From Candidatus Sumerlaeia bacterium (GTDB lineage: Bacteria; Sumerlaeota; Sumerlaeia; SLMS01), in NCBI GenBank assembly GCA_038208905.1, contig JBBQYG010000122.1, forward strand, positions 1-12,613: a stretch of 12,613 nt of DNA. Reading direction: 5' to 3'. The notes beneath the pieces are model-generated. The model worked only from the letters and a program-made list of their open reading frames with translations. It had not been told where the DNA came from and ran no database searches. Positions 6,107-12,613 of the stretch are shown piece after piece. Both the position numbers and the translations under genes were made by a program. The first letter of the stretch is position 1. Each line of letters starts with the position of its first letter.

Positions 6107-7648
6107 TCAATTCCCCGCGACCGGTTTCTCCGCCGCTACCGGCGGGGCGCCCTTCTCGGCCAGCAAAGTGGCGACGCCGTCATATAGTGCATCCAGCTCG
6201 CCCGAGGAGCGCGTATGCCCGTTGCAGAGGAACGAGAACGCGAACTGCTCGCCATCGGCGGACTTCACGTAGCCGGAGAGAGCCCGCACGTTGGAGATGA
6301 GCCCCGTCTTGCCGCGCATGTTCCTGGCCAGCGGGCCCTTGCCGCGGTTCCTCAGCGTGCCCTGCTCGCCCGCCACGGCCTGCGCCTCCCACCAGAAGTC
6401 CTTGAATGGGCCCTTCAGCATCTCCTCGTAAACGCGAACCAGCACGGCGGGGGAGACGTAGTTGTAGCGCGACAGGCCAGATCCATCGGAATACTGGTAC
6501 TCATCGGGCTCGACGCCGATTGTCGCCAGCGCGTCTTGGATCGCCTTGCGACCGTTGGAAAAGGTCCCCTTCGCGGCGGCCTTCTGCCCCTGGGCATAGA
6601 TCATCGTCTCGGCATACATGTTCTGGCTGCGCTTCATCAACCCCATGAGGATCTCGGAGAGTGGCGGAGACTTTTGGGTCACGATCACCGGCAGGTTTTC
6701 GCGCCGCTGGGCCCACCCTTCCACCGCGTCGCAATCCACCGCGTCGCCCCTCACGGTGATGCCCTCGGCCTCCAGGGTTTCCTTCAGCACCCACACATAC
6801 CACAGCGTGGGATTGGTGATCGTGGGGGTTTCCTCCACGGCGGGCCCGCCGGCCTTCACGCGGCCAGATATCGTGATCTCGTTGGAGAAATGGGGGCGGC
6901 TCATCTCGATGGAGTTCCGCCCGTCGGCCACCACTTCCAGCTTGTTGATCAGCTTGAAGTAGCTGCTGGGCACGTTGGGGGTCAGCGTGACTTCCCCGCC
7001 GACCTCGGCGGGTGGGGTGATGGTGATGTCGATGTAGTTCTCGTTGAGCGTCAGTGGGCCAAATTCCGCATAGTACCACGGCGTCAGATCGTCAAACGGC
7101 CATCCGTTCCCGGTGTGGCTGTCGCTCCATGCATCGTCGTCGCCGATGATGCTGCCCGATATCGTGGTGATGCCGCGTTCCTTCAGCTTGTCGGCCCACT
7201 GGCGAAAGACATCGCGGGAGTCCTTGTGAAAGCGCGTGTACAGGGTTGGATCGCCGTTGCCGATCACCACCAGATCGCCATCCAGCGTGTCGCCCTTGAT
7301 CTCTCCGGTGTGGCTCACCACCGTATCGAAGGTGAAATCAGGCCCAAGGTTGATCAAGGCCGAAGCGGTGGTGAGGATCTTCTGGTTGGAGGCCGGCATG
7401 AAGAGGCGCTCTGCGTTGCGCTCATAGAGCACCTTGCCGGTGTCGAGCGACTTGATCAGCACGCCAAAGTGGGCATTCGCGAAATTGGCGTCGTCGAAAC
7501 GGGCGCCGATCTCGCGGGCCAGGGCCTCCGTCGCCGCGTCCGCCGCTGTGATTGCAGTCGGCGCGGTAGCCACCGGGCCACGATGCGAGGCGCATCCCGC
7601 GGTCAGTAGGAGCCCAAGGACGAGTCCAGATTGAATCGCTTTCAGCAT
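6107..7648 (-). CDS. dacB: D-alanyl-D-alanine carboxypeptidase/endopeptidase (PBP4, peptidase S13), predicted lipoprotein
   Basis: Penicillin-binding motifs SxxK (PASNQK), SxN (KRSQN) and KTG, plus GNGDPTL and DGSGLSRYN typical of S13. ATG at 7648 follows GGGGAG; the track's GTG at 7657 is an alternative start. Signal peptide MLKAIQSGLVLGLLLTAG-C with lipobox. Confidence 0.94.
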   Translation of the reverse strand: MLKAIQSGLVLGLLLTAGCASHRGPVATAPTAITAADAATEALAREIGARFDDANFANAHFGVLIKSLDTGKVLYERNAERLFMPASNQKILTTASALINLGPDFTFDTVVSHTGEIKGDTLDGDLVVIGNGDPTLYTRFHKDSRDVFRQWADKLKERGITTISGSIIGDDDAWSDSHTGNGWPFDDLTPWYYAEFGPLTLNENYIDITITPPAEVGGEVTLTPNVPSSYFKLINKLEVVADGRNSIEMSRPHFSNEITISGRVKAGGPAVEETPTITNPTLWYVWVLKETLEAEGITVRGDAVDCDAVEGWAQRRENLPVIVTQKSPPLSEILMGLMKRSQNMYAETMIYAQGQKAAAKGTFSNGRKAIQDALATIGVEPDEYQYSDGSGLSRYNYVSPAVLVRVYEEMLKGPFKDFWWEAQAVAGEQGTLRNRGKGPLARNMRGKTGLISNVRALSGYVKSADGEQFAFSFLCNGHTRSSGELDALYDGVATLLAEKGAPPVAAEKPVAGN

Positions 7649-7729
7649 CGCAATCACTCCCCGTTAAAGAGGTTCTCGGTACCACGCGAATAGGAATCCT
7701 AGCGTGTCCGAAGCGGGGAACAATACGAT

Positions 7730-8068
7730 TCAGGCGACTTTGGGTGGGAAATGGGCGTGATCCGCCACCTCGCGAATCCGGATTTCCGCATCGCCGAGGG
7801 ACTCAATAACCAGCTTGTCCCGGGATGAGGAGCGGAAGCGGCCCGTCGCCCCCAGAACGTAGTCGCTGGCGTCGTTGCTGCGCGTGATCCAGATCGCCCC
7901 CGAGTCCACCACGATCTCGATCCCACCGGCAGACGCGGGCAGGGCCACGACCTCGCCGGGCGTCAAGCGCAGGCGGGCCGCGCCGGATGCAACCAATGGG
8001 ACTCGGGTACACAGGGAAATTGCCGACATGATGGGAGCCCTCCTGGACTCCGGGAGGAGCCTATCCAT
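7730..8068 (-). CDS. DUF2917-family small cupin-like protein
   Basis: LRLTPGEVVAL...IEIVVDSGAIWITRSNDASDYVLGATGRF...KLVIESL fits the DUF2917 pattern (GxxWxT..D..DyvL). Divergent from a MocR regulator. Two candidate starts, each with an RBS: 8068 (GGAGAGGAGG) and 8029 (AGGAGG). Confidence 0.8.
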   Translation of the reverse strand: MDRLLPESRRAPIMSAISLCTRVPLVASGAARLRLTPGEVVALPASAGGIEIVVDSGAIWITRSNDASDYVLGATGRFRSSSRDKLVIESLGDAEIRIREVADHAHFPPKVA

Positions 8069-8108
8069 GCCTCCTCTCCGTGAAAAGACCCAGACGGCGA
8101 ATTTTGGA

Positions 8109-8168
8109 ACCAGTACAGTTTGCGACCACTTGACTGTTGTACTCCTTATGGTCCTACACTGTGCTGGT
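8109..8168. promoter_or_regulatory. Putative MocR operator / divergent promoter: ACCAGTACAGT (8109-8119) ... ACTGT (8133-8137) ... ACTGTGCTGGT (8158-8168)
   Basis: The outer boxes form an 11-bp inverted repeat with one mismatch and a third half-site lies between them. TTGACT (8130-8135) and TACACT (8155-8160) promoter-like hexamers overlap the boxes. MocR-family regulators characteristically bind combinations of direct and inverted repeats in divergent promoters. Confidence 0.7.
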
Positions 8169-8244
8169 CCCGCAGCCCGTCCGTTTCTTTTTGCCGTTTC
8201 TCCCTCATCCCTCCACCCTCATCCCTTTCTGCAAGGAGTTCCCC

Positions 8245-9696
8245 ATGAGCCTCGCGATGCATCGCGGCCCCAAGGCTGCCGAAGAAACACTCTATGCCGA
8301 CGTGGCGCGCCGGATCGAGAGCCTCATCGAGGATGGGACGTTCGGCTCCGGCGACAAGGTTCCCTCCGTGCGCCGCCTTGCGATCCAGTTCCGCGTTAGC
8401 GTCACGACGGCGGTGCAGGCCTACCGGTTGCTGGAGAACCGCGGCGTCATCGAGGCGCGGCCCCAGTCGGGCTACTACGTCCGCCCGCGCCTGACGCGCG
8501 CGGCGGCTCCCGCTCCGACGGTGAGGCGCATGCCGCTGGAGCCCGCGGGCGCGACGCGCGTGGAAAACCTGCTGATGCGCGTGATGGGCGATGACTCGAA
8601 TCCCAACCTGGTCCCGCTCGGCAAGGCGGTGCCCAATCCGTCGCTGCTCCCCACGGAAAAACTCAACCGCGCGATGGGCACGATGATGCGGCGCCATCGC
8701 GTGCTCAGCAACTCCTACGACACCCAGCCGGGATGCGAACTGCTCCGTGTGCAGGTTGCCAAGCGCGCGCTGTCCTCCGGATGCGTGCTGTCGCCGCGCG
8801 ACATCATCACGACCTGCGGCGCCCAGGAGGCGATCGGCCTCGCGTTGCGCGCCGTGTGCAAGCCCGGCGACATCGTGGCGATCGACTCGCCCACCTTCTA
8901 CGGGCATCTCCAGATGATCGAGGCGCTCGGCTATCGCGCGCTGGAAATCCCCCTCGATCCCCGCGAGGGCCCGCGCCTCGACGATCTCGCCGCCGCGATC
9001 AAGGCACACAAGGTCTCCGTGTTCCTCTGCATCACCAACTTCCAGAATCCACTCGGCTGCACCATGGGCATGGATGCAAAGCGTGAGATGGTGGAACTGC
9101 TCGAGCGCCGGGGCGTCCCACTCATCGAGGACGATATCTACGGAGACCTTCCCCACGGCGACCAGCGCCCCGGTGTCGCCAAGTCCTTTGACGCCACCGG
9201 CAACGTGATCCTCTGCTCGTCCTACTCCAAGACGCTCGCGCCCGGCTATCGCGTGGGATGGGTAGCGCCGGGAAAATGGTACCGCGAGATCAGCCGCCTC
9301 AAGACGCTGACCAACATTGCCACGCCGATGCCGACGCAGCTTGCCGTTGCCGACTTCCTGGAGAACGGCGGCTACGACCACCACCTGCGCAAGATCCGCC
9401 GCATCTACGCCCACCAGTGCGTCGCCATGGCGGCCGCCGTCGCGGAACACTTCCCCGCGGGCACGCGGGTTTCGTCTCCGACTGGCGGCTACGTGCTCTG
9501 GGTGGAGTTGCCCACGGGAACGGACACTCTGGACCTCTACGAGCGCGCCATCGCCGCGGGGATCGGCTTCGCGCCGGGGGCGCTGTTTGCGCCGGGAAAC
9601 CGCTACCGCAACTGCCTGCGCCTCAACGCCGCCTTCTGGGACGACCGCGTTCGGGCGGCGATCGTCACGCTGGGGAGGATGGCGGGGCGGAGTTGA
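8245..9696 (+). CDS. MocR/GntR-family PLP-dependent transcriptional regulator (wHTH plus aminotransferase class I/II domain), 483 aa
   Basis: ATG at 8245 after AAGGAG (8233-8238). HTH: LYADVA...GDKVPSVRRLA...VSVTTAVQAYRLLE...EARPQSGYYV. PLP domain: ITTCGAQEA, NFQNPLG, IEDDIY, SSYSKTLAPGYRVGW (Schiff-base Lys), PTGGYVLW, CLRLN. Confidence 0.95.
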   Translation: MSLAMHRGPKAAEETLYADVARRIESLIEDGTFGSGDKVPSVRRLAIQFRVSVTTAVQAYRLLENRGVIEARPQSGYYVRPRLTRAAAPAPTVRRMPLEPAGATRVENLLMRVMGDDSNPNLVPLGKAVPNPSLLPTEKLNRAMGTMMRRHRVLSNSYDTQPGCELLRVQVAKRALSSGCVLSPRDIITTCGAQEAIGLALRAVCKPGDIVAIDSPTFYGHLQMIEALGYRALEIPLDPREGPRLDDLAAAIKAHKVSVFLCITNFQNPLGCTMGMDAKREMVELLERRGVPLIEDDIYGDLPHGDQRPGVAKSFDATGNVILCSSYSKTLAPGYRVGWVAPGKWYREISRLKTLTNIATPMPTQLAVADFLENGGYDHHLRKIRRIYAHQCVAMAAAVAEHFPAGTRVSSPTGGYVLWVELPTGTDTLDLYERAIAAGIGFAPGALFAPGNRYRNCLRLNAAFWDDRVRAAIVTLGRMAGRS

Positions 9697-9714
9697 GACC
9701 GCAAGAATGGCAAC

Positions 9715-9755
9715 GGGGCAACAGGCTGTGCGGTCCCGCACGCACCTGCTGCCCC
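9715..9755. terminator. Long GC-rich stem-loop between convergent genes (bidirectional terminator or REP-like element)
   Basis: GGGGCA/TGCCCC, CAGG/CCTG and GTGCG/CGCAC nested stems around a GTCC loop. No strong U-tract. Confidence 0.5.
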
Positions 9756-9790
9756 ATTTGCATACTGCCTCTACACGTCCTTGCTCGGGC

Positions 9791-10711
9791 CTACTTTCCC
9801 CCCACCGTCGACTTCCAGTGCCCATCCGCCTTCGTGACGTTGCCGGGCTCGTCCTTCACCCAGTCGGGCTTCGCGTCGGCCAGGAACGTCTTGTAGAAGA
9901 GGTAGAGGCGGCCGCCTGTCACCTTATAGTTCTTCGGATTGATAGCGATTTTCTCTCCCGTGACCATGGCAGTGGCGCACCATCCGCCATAGGCGGGGGC
10001 GTACTTCGCGGGGTCGGCGGCAAACTTGGCGCGGTTGGGCGCGCTGGCGAATTGATAGGTAACGCCCTTGTACTCCGACGTCAAATCGGCGGCGCCCATC
10101 GTGGGGCCCCCGGCGCCGAAGTATGCCACCGGATCGTAGCCACCGATGGCGGCTTCGCCTGCCTTCGCGTTGGCGTGGCTAAGCTCCGCCCCGCCCGATA
10201 GGTCCGCCACCTTCTTCTTCAGGCTGTTGAATGCATAGCGGTCGGAATTGTTCTTCCCAACATAGCGAAAAACCTCCTGACCCGTGCCATCCAGCAGGAC
10301 GAGGGCCGGGAAGTGCACCACCTCGCCGTGGAACTCATAGCCATCGGGAATCGCAAGGGTCTTTGCCAGCGCCGCATCCGGATCGCGAAAGATCGTCGGC
10401 GCCCCTTCGCCAAGTTGTCCGGCCCACTTCGCAATATCGTCGGGGGCGTCGGGCTTGATGAAGACCTGGGTCACGCCCGCCAGCTCGTCAGCGCGCTGGG
10501 AAACCTCGCGCGTGTGCTTGATGCAAATGGGGCACTCCGTCTTGAGGAGGAAGTGAAGGGCCACATACTTGCCCTTCTGCTCAGAAAGCTTGAAGGACTT
10601 CCCGTCGTGAGATTGCAGGGTGAAGTCCGCCACCGGCTCGGCGGAGAATGCAAAACTGGCAAGGCAGAGCACGGCGGTCGCCGTGAGGGCATTCAAGGAA
10701 AGACGGGGCAT
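9791..10711 (-). CDS. Secreted redoxin (AhpC/TSA-like thioredoxin fold, CxxC) fused to a YHS-domain protein
   Basis: Signal peptide ending AFS-A. N-domain: DFTLQSHDGKSFKLSEQKGKYVALHF, ECPIC, DPDAALAK, FPALVLLDGTGQEVFRYVG. C-domain: AIGGYDPVAYF, YKGVTYQFAS..NRAKFAADPAKYAPAYGGWCA, GRLYLFY, ADGHW. Start is ATG 10711 or GTG 10723. Confidence 0.88.
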   Translation of the reverse strand: MPRLSLNALTATAVLCLASFAFSAEPVADFTLQSHDGKSFKLSEQKGKYVALHFLLKTECPICIKHTREVSQRADELAGVTQVFIKPDAPDDIAKWAGQLGEGAPTIFRDPDAALAKTLAIPDGYEFHGEVVHFPALVLLDGTGQEVFRYVGKNNSDRYAFNSLKKKVADLSGGAELSHANAKAGEAAIGGYDPVAYFGAGGPTMGAADLTSEYKGVTYQFASAPNRAKFAADPAKYAPAYGGWCATAMVTGEKIAINPKNYKVTGGRLYLFYKTFLADAKPDWVKDEPGNVTKADGHWKSTVGGK

Positions 10712-10782
10712 GGAGGGTGTCACTTTCAGGAATTAGCACTAGTCTACTCCCTCCAGAGCGGCTTCAATACCAAAAGTCTCGC

Positions 10783-11844
10783 CTAGTTGTAATAGTCTGT
10801 CGGCGTAATGAACGGGCTGGCCGCCGTTCCATCCACGCTCATGCGGATCGGCTGCTTTGAAGCCTCCCACGTGGTCACGTCCACGGTGTCGCCCGCGACC
10901 AGCCTCGTCCTCAGGATGTCTGAATAGACAAGCGGCTGGCTCGGCGCGACCTGCACGCGCTGTGTCACGTCGTCCTCGCGGAGGATATACACCTCTGCGG
11001 AACCGTTCACCACGCCCTGGCCGTCCTTGTTGATGAACAGGCAGGTTGCCTCGCTGATGGCGATGCCGGTGATGGGATTGGACCTCCCATCCTGTCTCAG
11101 CCGCGCAAGGAAGGCCAGGGTCCTTCCCATGCGGTCGCGATTGCGGAAGTGCGAGTCGGTGATCACATTGCGAAGGAGCGGGAAGTCCAGAAAGTCGTCG
11201 GAGATATTGATCCGGTTGGTAAACGGATTGGCGATCGCCTGGGCGCTGGTGACGCTGCCGACCCCGTCGGGATCATAGACGAACTGCCCCATCACGGCGA
11301 GGCCCGCGGATGTCCCCCCCACGACACCGCCGCGCGCATGGCAGGCGTGGATGGCGTCCTCGCTGCGCGTGTCCTTCCACGCGTTCACGTATTCCGACTG
11401 GTCGCCGCCTGCCATCCAGATCAGCTCAGCGGTGTTCAGCACCCACGCGGCATAGTCGGAATTGGCCTTGGCCGGCGTGTCGAGCATCATGGTCTCGACG
11501 GAATTCGGCTTCAGGGGACCGGTGACCATGTTGTAGAGGTAGTCGTTGTATCCGTCGGCGCCGGAGGTGCGGATGATCACGATGTCGCCGCCGTTCACCA
11601 CCGGATAGGCGCGCTGGGAGAAGCCGGAATCGACATCGGTCCCGCCGCCCATCAGCAGCAGGCCCGGCCCGCCCGTGGCTTTGTTTGGCGAGTCGCCCGG
11701 ATCGCCCGTCACATAGACCACCAACTCCGGCGGCTTCGTGGGTCTATCGCCGAAGTCAGCCGGCGGACCCAGGATGCTCCAGTCGTCCGCGGCGCAGGGC
11801 GCCGCCAGCATCCCGATCATCGCGGCAAGCGTTCGACGTTTCAT
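10783..11844 (-). CDS. Secreted cyanophycinase-like serine peptidase (family S51), paralog 1
   Basis: Signal peptide MKRRTLAAMIGMLAAPCAA. Motifs: LLMGGG, WMAGGDQ, GGTSAG (nucleophile Ser), DSHFRNRDRMGR (His plus Arg cluster), ISE (Glu). GAGGGG RBS overlaps the upstream stop. Confidence 0.9.
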   Translation of the reverse strand: MKRRTLAAMIGMLAAPCAADDWSILGPPADFGDRPTKPPELVVYVTGDPGDSPNKATGGPGLLLMGGGTDVDSGFSQRAYPVVNGGDIVIIRTSGADGYNDYLYNMVTGPLKPNSVETMMLDTPAKANSDYAAWVLNTAELIWMAGGDQSEYVNAWKDTRSEDAIHACHARGGVVGGTSAGLAVMGQFVYDPDGVGSVTSAQAIANPFTNRINISDDFLDFPLLRNVITDSHFRNRDRMGRTLAFLARLRQDGRSNPITGIAISEATCLFINKDGQGVVNGSAEVYILREDDVTQRVQVAPSQPLVYSDILRTRLVAGDTVDVTTWEASKQPIRMSVDGTAASPFITPTDYYN

Positions 11845-11852
11845 GGCGCCCC

Positions 11853-12613
11853 TCAGTCGTAGAAGTTGGCGGGCTCGATATAGGGCGGCGCCGTCGTGCC
11901 GTCGATGTTCAGGCGGAGGGGCTCCTTGGAACTCTTCCTGGTGAGCAAGTGGAAGGTGTCCCCCGCGACGAGCTTCGTCCTCAGGACGCCTGTATAGACA
12001 AGCGGCTTCCCCGGCTCCACCTGCACGCGCCGGGTCTGCTCGTCCTCCGCCAGGATGTACACCTCCTGCAGGCCATCGACCACGCCTTGGCCATCCTTGT
12101 CGATGAAGAGCGACGTCTTCTCGCTGATGGCGATGTTCGTGATGGTCTCCGTGCGTCCCTCCTGGCGGAGCCTCGCCATGAACGCAAGAGAGCGCCCCAT
12201 GCGGTCGCGGTTGCGGAAGTGGGAATCGGTAATGTAGCCGCGCAGCAGCGGGAGGTTCAGGAAGTCGCCGGATATATTGATCCGCTCGTCGTAGGGATTC
12301 AGGATCGAGTCCTCGCCGGCGGCGCTGCTCGTCTCGTCGGGGTCATAGATGAATTCGCCGATTACCGCCAGCCCGGCGGAAGTGCCGCCAAGCAGCGCGC
12401 CGCCCGCATAGGCTTCCTCGATGGCCTTGTGCGACCGTGTGCCCTTCCAGGCATTCAGATAACGCGACTGGTCGCCGCCAGCCATCCAGATCATTTCGGC
12501 GTTCTTCAGCGCCCACACCGCATAGTCGGAATTCGCCTTCTCGGGGGAATCGAGCATGATGGTCTCCACTGAATGAGGCTTCAGTGGCCCCTCCACCAAT
12601 TCGTCAAAGAAGC
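11853..12613 (-). CDS. Cyanophycinase-like serine peptidase (family S51), paralog 2 (5' end outside window)
   Basis: The frame stays open to the window edge (..FFDELVEGPLKPHSVET..). Same motifs: WMAGGDQ, GGTSAG, DSHFRNRDRMGR, ISE. Collinear with paralog 1 to the C-terminus; its stop lies 8 nt before the paralog 1 start. Confidence 0.9.
   Translation of the reverse strand, partial: FFDELVEGPLKPHSVETIMLDSPEKANSDYAVWALKNAEMIWMAGGDQSRYLNAWKGTRSHKAIEEAYAGGALLGGTSAGLAVIGEFIYDPDETSSAAGEDSILNPYDERINISGDFLNLPLLRGYITDSHFRNRDRMGRSLAFMARLRQEGRTETITNIAISEKTSLFIDKDGQGVVDGLQEVYILAEDEQTRRVQVEPGKPLVYTGVLRTKLVAGDTFHLLTRKSSKEPLRLNIDGTTAPPYIEPANFYD

Noticed and set aside
409..9825. Long antisense or alternative-frame ORFs (409..2079 +, 4203..6023 +, 6215..7609 +, 8146..9825 -, 3008..3796 +, 3433..4269 + and similar)
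   Set aside because: Each overlaps a gene with clear family motifs on the other strand. They are rich in Arg/Gly/His/Ala with no recognisable motifs, as expected for shadow ORFs in high-GC DNA.
9977..9979. Selenocysteine in the YHS domain
   Set aside because: The codon at the GGW-C position reads TGC (Cys), and the ORF has no in-frame TGA.
11785..11844. Lipoprotein call for S51 paralog 1 (LAAPC)
   Set aside because: Pro at -1 violates the lipobox, so an ordinary Sec/SPI signal is more likely.
4209..12613. Metabolic link from cyanophycin to arginine to carbamoyl phosphate feeding the carbamoyltransferase
   Set aside because: No isoaspartyl dipeptidase, arginine deiminase or ornithine transcarbamylase genes are in the window, and the genes lie in separate transcription units.
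1..12613. CRISPR array, tRNA/rRNA, IS element, prophage, and taxonomic assignment
   Set aside because: I saw no regularly spaced repeats, cloverleafs, transposase, integrase or phage genes. There is no marker gene that would allow a supported taxon call.

Overview
GC-rich bacterial window with 12 credible CDSs and no rRNA, tRNA, CRISPR or IS element that I can support. From left to right: a hicB-hicA toxin-antitoxin pair (hicA missed by the ORF track and running off the left edge); a stand-alone microcompartment-type acylating aldehyde dehydrogenase (EutE/PduP family) with an N-terminal encapsulation peptide but no shell genes nearby; a small degenerate PilZ-like gene; a minus-strand run transcribed in the order DUF2917 protein, lipoprotein PBP4/DacB, NodU/CmcH/SxtI-type O-carbamoyltransferase, SxtJ-like membrane protein, membrane-anchored SGNH protein; a divergent MocR/GntR-PLP regulator with a clear inverted-repeat operator; a secreted redoxin(CxxC)-YHS fusion; and two tandem cyanophycinase-like S51 peptidase paralogs, the second running off the right edge. 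The best candidate for an undescribed system is the carbamoyltransferase-SxtJ-SGNH module directly behind dacB. Its architecture resembles trans-membrane acylation systems (Dlt/Pat/Alg), which suggests cell-envelope O-carbamoylation, possibly of peptidoglycan. That function is inference. All family calls come from motif recognition by eye, not database searches.
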